From Octopus sinensis (Eukaryota), in contig NC_043018.1 in assembly GCF_006345805.1 (NCBI RefSeq), forward strand, positions 24,986,001-25,050,000: a DNA stretch of 64,000 bases, given 5' to 3'. How positions within the stretch are numbered: position 1 is the stretch's first letter; the number at the start of each line of letters is the position of its first letter. Positions 1 through 12,477 of the stretch are shown one piece after another. The translations under genes and the position numbers were made by a program. The notes beneath the pieces were generated by a model, which worked only from the letters and a program-made list of their open reading frames with translations, was not told the origin of the DNA and searched no databases.

Positions 1-19
1 GACAAAAATAAAAATATGT

Positions 20-180
20 TACACTCTCGGAGTGGTTGGCGTTAGGAAAGGCATCCAGCTGTAGAAACTCTGTCAGATCAAGATTGAAGCCTGGTGCAGC
101 CATCTGGTTCGCCAGCCCTCAGTCAAATCGTCCAACCCATGCTAGGCATGGAAAGCGGACATTAAACGATGATGATGATG
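20..180 (+). mobile_element. RTE-related SINE with (GAT)n tail (family C)
   Basis: GGTTGGCGTTAGGAAAGGCATCCAGCTGTAGAAAC (RTE 5'UTR-like motif) ... CCAACCCATGCTAGGCATGGAAAGCGGAC + (GAT)n tail. Similar copies at ~1430-1590(+), 2770-2886(+, partial), 3825-4013(+), 7197-7365(+), 7846-7981(-), 8486-8700(-), 9845-10139(+), 12822-12887(+, partial), 13400-13528(+, diverged). Confidence 0.85.
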
Positions 181-718
181 TTACAATGCCTAATCATTAC
201 AAACATTAACGAGTATTTCACGAAATGATTCAATTTAAATTACATGGTTTTGATGTCAGTAATTGCTATACCTGTCCAGGTTACTTTCTAATTGCAAAGG
301 TAAAGACATAATAAGTGACACTGTCACTTGACCTTTCTAATGTTTTCTGCAAATACAGATAGATTTTGGCCACCGTTATCTTTCATCTTTTACTTGCTTC
401 AGTCATTAGGCTGCGGCCAGACTGGGGCATTGCCTTGGAGAATTTTTAGTCAGACGTAGCAACCCCAGCACTTACTTTTGTTTTTTAAAGTCTGGTACTC
501 ATTCTATTAGTCTCTTTTGCTGAACCACTAAGTTATGGTAACGTAAACACACCAACACAGACACAAATAAAAAAGAAAATACACATACATATATATACTT
601 ATACAGATATATATATACAAGTATATATAATATATCTAAATAAATATATGTACATACATATACACACTCATACACATATATACATATAATTATATATATA
701 TGTTAGTGTGTGTGTTTG

Positions 719-1130
719 CATGAGGGTGCTGAAGGGTTCCTAGTTTTGATTAAAAAAAAAAAAGAGGAGGATCAAATAATTATGATTTTATTTAACATAT
801 TTCCTTCTCAGATTCACACGGTTTTTCTAAGCCCTGTAAAAAAATCGGAAGTTCTGAGCATCTAACCAGGCCTTTTGCAATACCCTTAACCCTTTCGTTA
901 CTATATTTCTTTTGAGATGCTTTGTGTTTCTTTCAATTACTTTAAATGTTACAAAGAATTTAGTAAAATGACTTGGTTATCATTAAGATAGTGTTAGGAA
1001 CATAAATTGTGACTAAGGTTTGGTGGAAGATTTTAATTTAAAACTTATGAAAACAAGACATTTGTACTCAGAGTCAGAGCCGATTTGATAACGAAAGGGT
1101 TAAAGACAGGAACTTTTCAGCACCCCCTTG
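719..1130. mobile_element. Tc1/mariner-type MITE interrupted by a piggyBac MITE
   Basis: Imperfect terminal inverted repeats GAGGGTGCTGAAGGGTTCCT / AGGAACTTTTCAGCACCCCC, with TA after the right end. A homologous right end without the insert lies at ~52015-52086. Confidence 0.65.
890..1099. mobile_element. piggyBac-type MITE
   Basis: TTAA(886-889) CCCTTTCGTTA ... TAACGAAAGGG TTAA(1100-1103): CCC..GGG termini, 11-bp TIR and TTAA target-site duplication. Confidence 0.85.
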
Positions 1131-1264
1131 TAACTACACACACATACACACACAAATATATAAGCACATGCATACACACATATATATATTAAATTCAGCT
1201 TATGTTGAAAGTCAACAAAGTTTGCTTCAGAAGTGTTGAGATGTATTGAAAGATGCAAATAAGA

Positions 1265-1397
1265 AAATAATTTTATTCTCGAAAGCAGGAGAATGCTAAT
1301 AATATAGCATGAAAAGGAAAAACTGCAAAATATGGATAGTTTTGCCTTTTCATGCTATATTATTAGCATTCTCCTGCTTTCGAGAATAAAATTATTT
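1265..1397. repeat. Near-perfect inverted repeat (hairpin, ~60-bp arms)
   Basis: AAATAATTTTATTCTCGAAAGCAGGAGAATGCTAATAATATAGCATGAAAAGG is followed by its reverse complement after a ~13-nt spacer; a (TA)n tract follows. Confidence 0.9.
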
Positions 1398-3323
1398 CCT
1401 GTATATATGTATATATATATATATATATACACCCACTACACTCACGGAGTGGTTGGCGTTAGGAAGGGCATCCAGCTGTAGAAACACTGCCAGATCAGCC
1501 TGGAGCCAGGTGCAGCCTTCCGGCTTCCCAGATCCCGGTCGAACCGTCCAACCCATGCTAGCATGGAAAACGGACGTTAAACGATGATGATATCTATATA
1601 TAGGAAATAATTACATACATTTCAAAGATTTATCAAAAACAAACAGAAAATTCATAGCTAATCCCTCATCAGCCAACGTCCAAAAAGCCATTACAATTTC
1701 GTGCCTTTATCATTGATGAAGAAACAGGCATATAGGATTGTGTAGTCTATGATAAACTATGTCTGAAATACATGAAATGGTCATGAATGGAATCTCATTT
1801 GGGAAGAAATAGACGTGTTTGGTCAGAGTTATACTGGAGCCAAACAACAGTAGTCTATGTGTTCGTCTATGTTGCTCTATTCATGTGTCTGTCTGTCTGT
1901 CTCTGCCGCTTCATTATCCTACGTTACACAGTTGTAGCTGTTAAAGATGTTCTCCTCAAACACTAGACTCTGCATCCAGCTTGGTGTTCAGTGCACTTGT
2001 TGTTGTTGTTGTAGTCAATTGATGGAACACCTGTCTTTTTCTCATCCAGGAGGTGGAACATAGGTGGGGGAGAAGTGGTGGTGGTGGTAATAACAGCAGC
2101 AAGACACATCACAGAACTTCACACACATACATGCACTTCACATAATTGTATTGAAGAAAGAGATAGATACATATACACGCAATTGTAGAAATGAAAAGAG
2201 TAGCTTAATGAAAGTCACACACACACACACACACACATACAAACACACGTGCATACACAATGCACTTATGTCTTTCATCATTTTTCTTGCTTCATTCAGT
2301 GGACTGTGGTCATGCTGGAGCACTTCCTTGCAGGGTTTTAGTTGAACAAATTGACCCCAGGACTTATTATATGTCTTCTTTTGCTGAACTGCTAGAAAGA
2401 CACACACACACACACAAGAGGCTTCCACACGGTTTCCATCTACCTAATCCACTCATAAGGCATTGGTGAGCCCAGGGTTTTCAGTAAAAGACACCTGCCC
2501 AAGGTGCTGCATAGTAGCACTGTACATCTCTGTCCCCCCTTCCTGATTCACTGACCATTCTCTCTGTTATGCTCACCTCCTTGGACCTTCAGAGTTTGTT
2601 CAGGCAGCCTATCACTATCAGTTTGATCTTCTTCCCAGCTAATACTACTCTACTACTCATCCTGATATAATGTGGGGTGGCCATGTACCTCTTCTATAGC
2701 AAGACACCTGTGCTTGTCCCTCTATCACACTTTAGACCAGTGGGTCCCAAAGTGGGTGGTACCACAAGAAACCATGGCCAAATCAGATTGAAATCTAATG
2801 CAGCTCCTCAGCTGACCAGCTTTCAGTCAAACTGTCCAACCCATGACAGCATAGAAAACGGACATTAAATGATGATGATGATGATGAATAAATAAGCATT
2901 ACATTTGATAGAATAATCTGAATGTTAAAGGGTTGATGTTGATGATGATGATGATGACAACTCTCTATTCCCCTCCACTTTCCACCCCAGGACACAACAA
3001 GGTGGTGAGTGGGGAAATTAATGCAGAGATTTCTACATCATGACATGTGATATTCATACAGCCAGCAAAACACTAAGAACAAAACCTGTTGGCAGTAATC
3101 TAACACCCAAACCACAAAGCCACTCACCTTCCTTCTCTCTCTCTCACTCTCTCATATACATGGTTGTGTGGTTAAGACGCTCAGTTTACAGTTATGTTGT
3201 TTTGAGTTCAATCTCACTATACACCACCTTAGGCAAGTGTCTTCTACTATATCCCCAGGCCAGGAAAGGCTAACCATACAAATTAGCTTCATAGACAGAA
3301 ACTTTGTAGAAGCCGATTATGTG

Positions 3324-3379
<56 letters not shown>

Positions 3380-3445
3380 TGATTGTGTGTGTGTGTGTGT
3401 GGTGTTGTGTGTGTGTGTGTGTGTGTGTATATGCATATATGGGTA

Positions 3446-3680
3446 CAGGACGTCAAACAAGATGAAATATGAAAACAAATGAGTTAATACGCAAATATGA
3501 GAGAAAAAAAGGACAAGTAATACAAAGAATGACCCTTCATCAGTTGTCAGCTGTCTATCTACTCCTGATTTCAAGAGACAGCTGGTAAAGGGTCATTCTT
3601 TGTATTACTTGCGTCTTGTATTTGCATATTTAACTCATTTGTTTTCGAATTTCATGTTGTTTACTGTTGGTGACATCCTA
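3446..3680. repeat. Imperfect fold-back element between microsatellite tracts (Penelope-pLTR-like family)
   Basis: GAAAACAAATGAGTTAA..CAAGTAATACAAAGAATGACCCTT is mirrored by AAGGGTCATTCTTTGTATTACTTG..TTAACTCATTTGTTTTC. Related single arms at ~5715-5855, 31480-31670 and 35850-36030. Confidence 0.75.
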
Positions 3681-4645
3681 AACGTATATATATATATATA
3701 TAATATTATATATATATATATATATTATTTTATTATTATTTAATTGAATGCCATGCATCTATTTCCATGTATATATATATTATATATATATATATATATA
3801 TGCATATATATATATATGCAATGCGGGTGGCACGTAAAAAGCACCCACTACACTCATGGAGTGGTTGGCGTTAGGAAGGGCATCCAGCCGTAGAAACACT
3901 GCCAGATCAGACTGGGCCTAATGCAGCCTTCTGGCTTCACAGACCCCAGTTGAACCGTCCAACCCATGCTAGCATGGAAAACGGACGCTAAATGATGATG
4001 ATGATGATGATGATATATATATATAATTAATGGTACGAAACTGAGTATTACCATTTGGTCGATAACTGATGAAGAATGAAGGACCTTCTGTGTTTGTCTC
4101 CCGTCTGGTTGTACACTCGGTATACATTATGTCATTTGTCTATTTACCATACATTTTTTTCATTTATTATATATCATCTTTTACTTGTTTGAGTCATTAG
4201 ACTGCGGCCATGCTGGGGCACCGCCCTGAAGAACAATTTTTTAGTCAAGTAAATCAACCTCAGGACTTATTTTTGAAAGCCTGGTACTTATTCTATCAGT
4301 CATTTTTTGTCAAACCACTAAGTTATAGGGATGTAAACACACCAACACAGGTTGTCAAGTGGTGGTGGGGAACAAACATGGACACAAAGACACACACACA
4401 TATATATGACTGGCTCCTTTCAGTCACAATCAACAACATTCTTGTTTAAGAATAATAAATCTATACTCTACATAAGTATACAGTGACCCATCGGATTAAT
4501 GTAAAACTGTTTTTATTATGACTGAACATAAAAACAAACATTAATATACAGATACATATATATACACACACACACACACATATATATATATACACACACA
4601 CATATATATACACACACACACATATATATATACACACACATATAT

Positions 4646-4678
<33 letters not shown>

Positions 4679-5904
4679 TATATACACACACACACATATA
4701 TACACACACATATACACACACACACACATATATACACACACACACACACACACATACACACACACACACATACACTCACACACATATATATATATATATA
4801 TAATGATCTCACAAATATGCATTCATATCCTATAGCATATAATCCAGTTAAATTAAAATTATAGTGACGTTATAAAACATGATATGTTATAGCATGTTAT
4901 TAAGGAGATAGGGGTTTTCTAACATGAAAACGGCTGAGACATTCCTGCCAATATTGAGAATGTACCAATCCACAAGGGAAAACAGATTAACTACTCTAGG
5001 TATTAAGGAGATAGAAAAGTGTGAAAATATATAAGAACATTCTTGTATTTCTGTTTTTTATTAATTGAAAATGTTAATTACAAGTGTTAGTATTTGCAGA
5101 ATTATATGCATAATTGATTGCATATGTATACAATATATATATATAGATCTATCTATCTATATATAGATATATACACTATATATACACACACACACACACA
5201 CATATATACACACACACACACATATATATACACACACACACACACACATATATATACACACACACACACATATATACACCACACCACTATACACACACAC
5301 ACACATATACACACACACATACACCACCACATATACACACACACACCACACACACATATACACACACACACATATATATACCACACACACACACATATAT
5401 ACACACACACACACCATATATATACACACCCACACCCACACACACACATATATACACACACACACACACATATATACACACACACACACACACATATATA
5501 CACACACACACATATATACACACACACATATACACACACACATATATACACACACACATATATACACACACACATATATATAATATATATATATATATAT
5601 ATAATATACACATACATATATACACACATGTATATATGTATCTATCTACATAGGCATCCACAAACGCATATATATAGTATATAATAAATAATATATAAAT
5701 ACATACACGCATATATGGATACAGGACGTCACCAACGGTGCAAATAACATGAAATACATAAACAACAAGAAAAAAATGGAAAACAAGACAAGTAAACAGA
5801 GAGAAAGGATCCTTCATCAGTTGTTAGCTGTCTATCTAATCTTCATTTTGAGCATATGTATATGTGTGTATTATATATATATATGTATATAATATATATA
5901 TATT

Positions 5905-6750
5905 AAAATAAATATAAGAGAGTGGTCATTATATTGCTCACTCTAGCACCAGTTAATCCAAAAGGTTTCAACCACGAAAATACATGTGCCCATGAAAGCC
6001 AGTACGACTGTTAGCCACACGACAGGGCAGGTAAAAATAAACAAAATACAAGATTATTTTGGGACAATTGTTTCTCTATTAATGAATATACATGTAATGT
6101 TTGTAAAAATATTATAATGTTTAAAATATTATAATAATCCAGGTTTCTCGTAGCACTAGGCCACTTGGTGTTGAATAAATATACTATTAAATTAGTATCT
6201 AATCTCTCACCCCCTTATTAATTAATTATAATTATGCTGCATTTATTTCTAAATGCTGTAATTGTTTTCCGTGAAAGTTTGGCGGCGCTGTTGGTTGGGG
6301 CATTTGAATTATAACGTCAGATGTAATCAATTGAACCACACGCGTATTTATCGTTATGGTAAAATCTGGCGTGTGATTGAGTGGATTTCATCCAGATAGT
6401 CTTGGCTGACGAGCTACAAATGGATTTTTTTGTAAGTAATATTACATTTAATTCATTAATAGCGAAACAATTGTCCCAAAATAATCTGTATTTTTGTTAT
6501 TTTTTACCTGCCCTGTCCGTGTGAGCTAACAGTCGTACTGGCTTTCATGGGAAACATGTTTTCGTGGTTGAAACCTTTTGGATTAACTGGTGCTAGAGTG
6601 AGCAATATAATGACCACTCTCTTATATTATTTTGTAAAAATATTATAATATGTTATAAAATATTATAATAATCCAGGTTTCTCGTAGCACTAGGCCACTT
6701 GGTGTTGAATAAATATAACTATTAAATTAGTATCTACTATTCTCTCACCC
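5905..6750 (+). mobile_element. Non-coding Penelope-pLTR/retrozyme-like element (inverted plus direct repeat, contains hammerhead)
   Basis: 5905-6098 is the reverse complement of 6441-6633, and 6101-6211 is directly repeated at 6631-6750. Flanked by (TA)n on both sides; hammerhead at 6402-6479. Confidence 0.7.
6402..6479 (+). ncRNA. Type I hammerhead ribozyme (canonical core)
   Basis: TTGG-CTGACGA-GCTA-(long loop)-TAGC-GAAA-CAATTG-TC-CCAA. Stem I TTGG/CCAA, stem II GCTA/TAGC, palindromic stem III, GUC cleavage triplet at 6473-6475. Confidence 0.85.
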
Positions 6751-6759
6751 TTATATTAT

Positions 6760-6811
<52 letters not shown>

Positions 6812-6814
<3 letters not shown>

Positions 6815-7178
6815 CGCAGGAGTGGCTGTGTGGTAAGTAGCTTGCTAACCAACCACATGGTTCCGGGTTCAGTCCCACTGCGTGGCATCTTGGGCAAGTG
6901 TCTTCTGCTATAGCCCCGGGCCGACCAATGCCTTGTGAGTGGATATAGTAGACGTGTGTGTGTTTGTATGTCTGTGTTTGTCCCCCTAGCATCGCTTGAC
7001 AACCGATGCTGGTGTGTTTACGTCCCCGTCACTTAGCAGTTCAGCAAAAAAGAGACCGATAGAATAAGTACTGGGCTTACAAAGAATAAGTCCCGGGGTC
7101 GAGTTGCTCGATTAAAGGCGGTGCTCCAGCATGGCCGCAGTCAAATGACTGAAACAAGTAAAAGATAAAGATAAAAGA
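6812..7178 (+). mobile_element. tRNA-derived SINE, CORE-like (family A)
   Basis: tRNA-like head with A/B boxes (AGTGGCTGTGTGGTAAG..GGTTCAGTCCC), CTTGGGCAAGTG core, 3' GGCCGCAGTCAAATGACTGAAACAAG tail. Other copies at ~385-560(-), 2285-2520(-), 3160-3320(+), 4175-4422(-), 17565-17765(+), 48095-48250(+), 50045-50186(-), 57200-57610, 62190-62380(-). Confidence 0.9.
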
Positions 7179-7480
7179 TATATATATATATACATAAAAA
7201 GCACCCACTACACTCTCGGAGTGGTTGGCGTTAGGAAGGGCATCCAGCTGTAGAAACACTGCCAGATCAGACTGGGCCTAGCGTAGCCTTCTGGCTTCCC
7301 AGACCCCAGTTGAACCGTCCAACCCATGCCAGCATGGAAAACGGATGTTAAACAATGATGATGATATATATATATATATATATAAACATATACATATATA
7401 CATACATGCACACACACACATTATATATATATATACACATAATATTTATGTATATATCTATATTTATATAGATAGATTAA

Positions 7481-7513
<33 letters not shown>

Positions 7514-7689
7514 TGCAGGGTGCAGCAGGATTTTGCATATGTAGAGACAGCAGGATTTTGTGAACAGATTTTAGCATAGCATAAACGGAAGATGACCTAA
7601 AGTGATTTATGTTGCAACATGTGGTAAATTTTAAACCGCTCGTTTCTCTCCGAGACCTAGCCATAACATCAACACTGAAGATACCAATC

Positions 7690-8215
7690 TGACATGAGAA
7701 ACGAAAAAAGCACACCACACTCGTAACTCTAACTATCAACCACAGCAGCATGGAGCTTGCCTGCTTTTTGGAACATGGCTTACACCTTAGTGCGTTCAGG
7801 GTTGAGAAAGAATTGAACACCTCTGACAGGAATATGTAGCCTTCCATCATCATCATCATTTAATGCCCATTGCCCATGCTGGCATGGGTTGGACGGTTTG
7901 ACTGAAAACTGGTAAGCTGGGGAGCTGCACCAGGTTCCAGCCTGATTTGGTATGGTTTTCTATGGCTGGATGCCCTTCCTGTCTACCAAATCCATCTACA
8001 AGGCTTTGGCTAACAGAAACTAATGAGGATAGTTGAGTGCACCCAGGAAGCCTAAGCCACCAATGATAACCACAGCAGGATCAATGAGAGCCATCGCTAA
8101 GAAATTCAAGGTGGTGGAGCCCACAATCAAACGTGCTGCACAAAGAGATCAGGTACAAGCCCTACATGGTGAGGAGAAGGCAACTCATGTGTAGCAAGAC
8201 CAGAGAGGACTGGGC
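7690..8215 (+). pseudogene. Decayed Tc1/mariner-like transposase N-terminus (HTH region), split by a SINE
   Basis: Fragments translate to ..HSSMELACFLE..FRVEKELNTSD.. and ..SMRAIAKKFKVVEPTIKRAA..RYKPYMVRRRQLM..KTRE, resembling Tc1-like DNA-binding domains. Frameshifted; a family C SINE is inserted at ~7846. Confidence 0.6.
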
Positions 8216-9340
8216 AATCACTTCATCCTTGGCCCTCCACCTTAACATCAAGTGTCCTAGTTATCATGAAGTCCCTGGACACCTACCTGCATCGGAGGGG
8301 TAGCAGGGTTGAAGTGACCAGCTGGTACCAAGAGCTCATAGGAAGCACCATCTATTGGAGTGGCCCTCAACTGGGGTCCATATAAGGTTTTGCTGCCAAA
8401 CTTTATCTACAATAAAATGGTTCTACTTCTGCAACGCACAAAATATTTTAACAATTTTTAAAATATAATTCCTAAAAATATATAATCATCATCATCATCA
8501 TAATCGTTTAACAGCCATTTTCCATGCTAGCATGTGTTGGATGGTTCAACTGGGGTCTGGGAAGCCAGAAGGCTTCACCAGGCTCCAGTCTGATCTGGCA
8601 GTGTTTCTACAGCTGGTTGCCCTTCCTAACGCCAACCACTCCATGAGTGTAGTGGGTGCTTTTTACGTGCCACCGGCACAGGTGCCAGACGAGGCTGGCA
8701 AACGGTCACAATCAGATTGGTGCTTCGTGGCCTTTTGCCAGCCTCGTCTGGGATTTTTAAAAGCTTCAAATGGTCATGGGGGTTCATAAGAGTATAATAG
8801 GAATCAAAGAGGTCCACAGACAAAAACATGGTCGAGAACTGCAGATCTATAGCATTGTGGGTGGAGCAGCTCGTCTTGACATGCAGTCGCTTTCATTGTT
8901 GCATATGAGCTGAGAATGGTTTTGTTGTATAGCTTGTTACTTTGGTGTATTCGGTCGATTACATCTGCATTTTTACTAAGCGTAGGTGGTTGTTTCTGGT
9001 TTTTTTCTTTGCTTTTGTTTCTTTCTTGTCTTGTTTTGTTGTTCATAGTTGCTTGGTGCACCCTGTGTACACTCACACACACACATTTTATGATTAACTG
9101 TAAGCAAATGAAGCTAATGATGTAATTCTCGTTTCTTTCTCATTCAGTAATATATGCTTACATAATTACACACACAGACAATGCTAAACTATAGACACAC
9201 ATAGACACACACACATATGCCTACACATGTGTGAGACACAGTTCACTGTTTTGTGCAAATAACACCAATTAAGAGCTAACTTGTAGCGTGACAACTTGCG
9301 CATTCAATGCTAGGACTGCAAACCTGATGTAACATGATGA

Positions 9341-9380
<40 letters not shown>

Positions 9381-9806
9381 GTCTGTCTTCATGTGTAGGT
9401 TTATATAGCTATATAGATGTGTATGCATGTGTGTTTGTATATATATATATACACACACATATATACAAAGACATTAAAAATTTGTTTTTTATAGAATTAT
9501 ATACAATACATTTAGTGAGATTTAAATTGAATATATTGTGTATAATTCTGTAATAAACAAGTTTTTGAGGATATATAAAACCGTCCATTCCTATTTTTAA
9601 TCTCTTGAATATACATTTTGTAGGCCACATAAAATCCAAATTGTCAAACTCAGGGTTGACCCATTGCGTGAAATACTGGTTAATTGTTTGCCTTAAACAC
9701 TTTCCCGATGTTCCCTATCATTCGATGTAGTTAGCCAATACCTGGATTGTACTAGAACTTGAGTGCTTGCAATGTATCTGCCCAGATTCAAAATCCCTAT
9801 TCCTTA

Positions 9807-9844
<38 letters not shown>

Positions 9845-10155
9845 TTTGAGTGGGATCGTTACCAGCATCGCCTTACTGGCACCTGTGCTGTTGGCATGTG
9901 TAAAAAAATTCGAGCAAGGTCATTGCCAGTACCGCCTGACTGGCCCACGTGGCCGTGGCACGGAAAAGCACCCACTACACTCTCGGAGTGGTTGGCAATA
10001 GGAAAGGCATCCATCTGTAGAAACTCTGCCAGATCAAGACTGGAGCCTGGTGCAGCCATCTGGTTTGCCAGCCCACAGTCAAACCATCCAACCCATGCTA
10101 GCATGGAAAGCGGACGTTAAACAACGATGATGATGATGATATAAATTAAATAGAG

Positions 10156-10499
10156 AGATACTATTGACAATCCAATGATTTATATATATTATAATATTAC
10201 ATGACATACTATGAATATAACGAAACATAGTATTATATAACATAAACAATTATTAAAAAAACCATTAAAGGCCAACAAATTGTTTCGACTTATATACATT
10301 TTCTGATATATATATATACAATAACAGTTCCCTTATATATATAAGTCACTTCAGGGTCATGGTTTAAAGATAGATGAAATTCCGTGTGAAAGGATGACTG
10401 GATTTTTTAATTGTTTATGTTATATAATATTATATTATATTCATAACATATCATGTTATATTATAATATAAATGAATTATTGGATTGTCAATAGTATCT
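10156..10499. repeat. Fold-back element enclosing a degenerate minus-strand hammerhead (10270-10358)
   Basis: AGATACTATTGACAATCCAAT..ATATAACATAAACAATT is mirrored at 10400-10499. The minus strand of the spacer reads GACC-CTGAAGT-GACTTA..TAAGTC-GAAA-CAATTTG-TT-GGCC. Confidence 0.65.
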
Positions 10500-10613
10500 G
10501 TCTATTTATCATTGTAATTGCATTATACCCATGTTTATATGGTATTCAACTGACGTATCAGTTAATTGGACATTTAACACACCCCTGTGAAGGATCTCTT
10601 TTCCTCAGTTTGT

Positions 10614-10644
<31 letters not shown>

Positions 10645-10675
10645 TCAGTGGATCATATATCCAAAAAGGGAAAGA

Positions 10676-11098
10676 TGGCAATTTTGAGAAAGACTGAGAG
10701 GGCAATGGTGAAAGAAATGTATGTGGTGAAGCTGTTTGATAAGAGGAGGATTGAACATTTGATGGGAATTCTGGGGTTGAAGGAATCGGTGGAATGGTCG
10801 GCAAGGGTGAATGGAGTGAGGTGGAATGAGCATGTGTTGAGGAGGGATGAAGAGCATGTGTTGAGAAGGGATGAAGAGCATGTTCTGAGGAGGGTGATTG
10901 CATCTGAGGTAAATGGAACACGAAAGCGAGGTAGACCAAGGAAAAGGTGGAGGAGGAGATCAAGAGAGTTGGTCTGAAAAAGGAAGATGCTGAAAACCAG
11001 GCGAGATGGTGTGAGGGTGGTTGCTATGGCACTGAGGTAGATCTGGCCACACCCATTAACGGGGTCAAAACCCAGATTTAAAACACTGGATGATGATG
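10676..11098 (+). mobile_element. RTE-clade LINE 3' fragment
   Basis: LRKTERAMV..VRWNEHVLRRDEEHVLRR..VNGTRKRGRPRKRW matches the RTE ORF C-terminus (RW.GHVLR..GKR.RGRP..TW). Ends in a (GAT)n tail and carries a short internal in-frame duplication (RRDEEHVL x2). Confidence 0.85.
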
Positions 11099-11249
11099 AA
11101 GCACACTCTAAAGCAGGGTTTCTCAAACTTTTTAGCCTTGTATAACCCTTAAAATAAATCTAATGTCTCAAGGAACCCCTACACAAAAAAAATTATATAC
11201 CATATCTTTCTCATATTTTTTCATCATAGTTCATGTGATAAATATATAT

Positions 11250-11630
11250 ACATCATGGTACTTCATTGGTTATGATGATGAGGGTTCCAGTTGATCCGAT
11301 CAACAGAACAGCCTGCTTGTGAAATTAACGTTTAAGTGGCTGAGCACTCCACAGACACATGTACCCTCAACATAGTTCTTGAGGAGATTCAGCATGACAC
11401 AGAGTGTGACAAAGATGGCGCTTTGAAATACAGGTACAACAGAAACAGGAAGAAAGAGTGAGAGAAAGTTATGGTGAAAGAATACAACAGGGTTCCCCCC
11501 CCGCCTGCTGGAACCTCGTGGAGCTTCGGTGTTTTTGCTCAATAATCACTCGCAACACCTAGTCTGGGAATCAAACCTGCAATCCTATGACTGCGAGTCC
11601 GCTGCCCTAACCATTGGGCCATTGCACCTT
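11250..11630 (-). mobile_element. tRNA-derived SINE (family E)
   Basis: Minus strand GGTGCAATGGCCCAATGGTTAGGGCAGCGGACTCGCAG..GGTTTGATTCCC head followed by TTGAGCAAAAACAC. Homologous partial copy at ~27660-27816(-). Confidence 0.75.
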
Positions 11631-11739
11631 CACTATATATATATATATATATATCAGAAACTAGAAATCACCTGCTGGCCCATGGGGTGCAGGATAGGGG
11701 TGGTGTTGGGTGAAACGTAGATAACCTTTATAAACTTGA

Positions 11740-12450
11740 ACCCTTTGAGAACAGGTGAGTGGGCAGGTGCATTGTCCAGGATGAGAAGGGCTTGCAGGGG
11801 TAGGTTATTTTACTGGAGATGTTGCTTAACATCAGGACCAAAAGACCAAATTCACCCATCCCACAAAGAACTGCCTGGTGACCCACACCCTTGGGTTTAC
11901 TCTCCACATAACCTGCAGTTTTTTTTTTTTCAGAATCTTATACGACTTAAAGGCTCTGGAGTTTTCTAAATGATAAATGGGCACTGGTTTAATCTTGCAG
12001 TCGTTGCTCGCATGGGTGCACAGTGCAAGGGTTAGCATATCTTTCATGGGTTGTGGCCTGACATCCAGAGAAAACTCCTCTGCTGTTATATAAATCCTCC
12101 TTGGCATTTTCTTCCAAAAAGACCTGTCACATTACAGTTGAAGATCTGTTGAGGGATGTATCCTTCGAATGCTATAACTCCGGCAAAAGTTTTGAGGTAA
12201 TCCTCAGCTGCCTTCATATCTGCGCTCACTGCCTCACTATGCCTGGCAAGGGAGTGAATATCGGTCCTCTTTTTAAAATTCTCAAACCAGACCTGATTGG
12301 CTTTAAATGGATTACCCAATGCCTGGAGTCTGCTGCAGCAAATCAGTGTAAATAGCTCATGCCTTCTTGCAGATTATAACCTCCATCACAGTATCTCCTG
12401 TGAGCTGCTTCTCCATCACCCACACCATCAGCAGCTTCTCCAATAGATGT
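11740..12450 (-). pseudogene. Tigger/pogo (CENP-B-like DDE) transposase remnant
   Basis: Frameshifted peptides EKLLMVWVMEKQLTGD; FKANQVWFENFKKRTDIH..EAVSAD..GYIPQQIFNCNVTGLF; KKMPRRIYI..PMKDMLTLALC..KIKP..VMW..WVT..F..W; and LLILDNAPAHP, typical of Tigger1/TIGD1-type transposases. Confidence 0.9.
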
Positions 12451-12477
12451 CTGCTGTTTATAAATTATTTATTTCCC

